From Bacteroidales bacterium (GTDB taxonomy: Bacteria > Bacteroidota > Bacteroidia > Bacteroidales > UBA932), in NCBI GenBank assembly GCA_016284265.1, contig JAEEOM010000076.1:4522-68521 (forward strand): a stretch of 64,000 nt of DNA, given 5' to 3'. The notes under the pieces were generated by a model. It was not told the DNA's origin, made no database searches, and was given only the letters and a program-made list of their open reading frames with translations. This document shows positions 62,457 to 64,000 of the stretch, in pieces; positions within the stretch are counted from its first letter, which is position 1; each line of letters opens with the position of its first letter. The position numbers and the translations under genes were made by a program.

Positions 62457-64000
62457 ATGAAACGCGGACGCGCATGCCGGGTCCGCCTCGTGATACTGCT
62501 TGCCCTGTTTGTGGCAGGCAGTATTGCCATTTGCCAGGCTCAAAACACTTCCCGTTTTACGGTTTCGGGCATCGTGGTGGAGCAGGGGACAGGCGTGCCT
62601 GTGGTCATGGCCTCCGTCCTCATCAAAGATCTGGGTCTATGGGCTGTATCCGATGACCAGGGGTGTTTCGCGTTGACGAACGTTCCCGCCGGCCGGCAGA
62701 AGCTGGAATTCGATCTGCTGGGCTATGAGACACGGACTGTGCCTGTCGTCGTCAAAGCTGGCATGCCTGACCTGCGCGTGGAACTGGCCGTTTCGAGTTT
62801 GTCGCTTGACGGCGTCGTGGTGACGGCCCGGGAGGGCGGCGAGATTACCTCCGCCTCGAAGATTACAAAGCAGACCCTCGAACATATCCAGCCCTCCAGC
62901 CTCAAGGATGTGATGCAGCTGCTGCCCGGCGCCATGACGGAGAATCCCTCACTGACCCAGGTGAACGCCTTATCCATCCGTGATATTGGCAACAATGCGG
63001 CCAACGTCGCGGGAACGGCCTTGATCGTGGACGGCGCTTCGTTCTCCAATGATGCCAACCTGCAGATGCTTTCGACTGCGACAGCGATGAGCAGCAGCGA
63101 AAGCAACGTGGCCTCGACGGCCGGCGCGGGCGTCGATACGCGGCAGGTTTCGACCGACAATATCGAATCGGTCGAAGTGATCCGCGGCATTCCTTCGGTG
63201 GTGTATGGCGATCTGACCTCCGGGGCCGTGGTGGTCAAGACCAAAGCAGGCGTTACGCCCTGGGAAATGCGCCTCAAGGCCGATCCCCAGCTCAAGCAGA
63301 TCTCTTTTGGCAAAGGGTTCGACCTGGGTGGGAAGGCCGGCGTGCTGAATTTCGATGCCGACTATGCCCATGCCTTGAGCGATGTGCGCTCGCCTTCGTC
63401 GGCCTACAATCGTTTCAATTTCCAGACAGGCTGGTCGGGCCGTTTCAGCAAGCAGCTGACGGTACATGCGAAACTGCGTGCCAATTGGTCAAACGCCACC
63501 AATGCGAGCGATCCCGACCTGCTGCTCGATGAGCTGTCGCAGCAGCGCGACCGCGGTGTACGGCTCAACGTGAACGGGCGCTGGATCCTCGACAAACCGT
63601 GGCTCACTAATATTGAATATTTGGTTGCGGGCAGCCTGACCGATCAGTTCTCCCGCAGCCGGGTGTATCAGGGATCGGCCGGGCGTACACCGACTTCGGG
63701 AGCGATGTATAACGGGGAGAATGAAGCGTTCTTCACGCCGGCACAGTATTATTCCGATGTGAAAGTCTATGGCCTCCCGGTCGATGCCCAGGCCAAGGTG
63801 ACTGCGCACCAGATAGGCAAATACGGCGTTGTGACCAACCGGTTCCTGGCAGGATTCGAATGGAAGAGCCAGGGCAACCTGGGCGCCGGCAAGGTGTTTG
63901 ATCCCACGATGCCGCCTTCTCCGGGGTCGGCATCGGCTTTCCGGGAGCGCTCGTATCGCGACATCCCGTTCCTGCATTCGCTCACGGGTTATGTGGAAGA
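62457..64000 (+). CDS. TonB-dependent receptor (carboxypeptidase-regulatory-like domain plus plug), 5' part; continues past window end
   Basis: Absent from the ORF track because it is open at the window edge. ATG 62457 lies 1 nt after the upstream stop. It reads MKRGRACRVRLVILLALFVAGSIAICQAQNTSRFTVSGIVVEQGTGVPVVMASV..., with plug motifs LKDVMQLLPG and IESVEVIRGIPSVVYGDLTSGAVVVKTK. I read the frame through to 64000 without a stop. Confidence 0.85.
   Translation, partial: MKRGRACRVRLVILLALFVAGSIAICQAQNTSRFTVSGIVVEQGTGVPVVMASVLIKDLGLWAVSDDQGCFALTNVPAGRQKLEFDLLGYETRTVPVVVKAGMPDLRVELAVSSLSLDGVVVTAREGGEITSASKITKQTLEHIQPSSLKDVMQLLPGAMTENPSLTQVNALSIRDIGNNAANVAGTALIVDGASFSNDANLQMLSTATAMSSSESNVASTAGAGVDTRQVSTDNIESVEVIRGIPSVVYGDLTSGAVVVKTKAGVTPWEMRLKADPQLKQISFGKGFDLGGKAGVLNFDADYAHALSDVRSPSSAYNRFNFQTGWSGRFSKQLTVHAKLRANWSNATNASDPDLLLDELSQQRDRGVRLNVNGRWILDKPWLTNIEYLVAGSLTDQFSRSRVYQGSAGRTPTSGAMYNGENEAFFTPAQYYSDVKVYGLPVDAQAKVTAHQIGKYGVVTNRFLAGFEWKSQGNLGAGKVFDPTMPPSPGSASAFRERSYRDIPFLHSLTGYVE

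Overview
This is a 64-kb chromosomal window from a high-G+C member of the Bacteroidota. The phylum call rests on gene content (SusC-type TonB receptors, BACON and FISUMP-type lipoproteins, many lipobox signal peptides) and TAnnTTTG-like promoter boxes. The genus cannot be determined here; Alistipes-like is only a guess. I support about 52 protein genes and one tRNA, and I saw no rRNA, CRISPR array, transposase or integrase.

Housekeeping genes: ispE, groES-groEL, dnaE, gpmI, rnr, rsgA, a polyprenyl synthase, U32 and S41 peptidases, rdgB-recO, rocD, carbamate kinase plus ornithine carbamoyltransferase, and rpsL-rpsG-fusA-rpsJ.

Accessory or unusual content:
1. 3033-9432: a tandemly duplicated pair of a polytopic membrane protein and a CxxCH beta-propeller lipoprotein. 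It is co-directional with a XylR-like regulator, a histidine acid phosphatase and a SusC-type receptor.
2. About 16.9-18.45 kb: an AT-rich islet with an orphan lipoprotein and hicAB. It is bounded by a roughly 60-bp inverted copy of the dnaE 3' end.
3. 23.7 kb and 31.3 kb: a roughly 120-bp nested-palindrome element present twice, each time between convergent genes.
4. 31381-36259: a Kelch-TM-AraC one-component regulator, a 57-aa ORF and a 989-aa surface lipoprotein with an internal duplication.
5. 37.73-37.84 kb: a multi-hairpin intergenic element.
6. 40609-46928: a translationally coupled four-gene TonB-receptor cluster.
7. After rpsJ the S10 operon is cut off by a hairpin, a tRNA(CAU) and a convergent five-gene operon (50547-57889). 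That operon encodes an acyltransferase, a POTRA-less Omp85 barrel and three paralogous coiled-coil lipoproteins.
8. 60000-64000: a BACON/FISUMP lipoprotein plus TonB-receptor locus.

Items 1 and 7 are my best candidates for undescribed systems. All family names (DUFxxxx etc.) are recalled from sequence motifs. They are not search results and need HMM confirmation.
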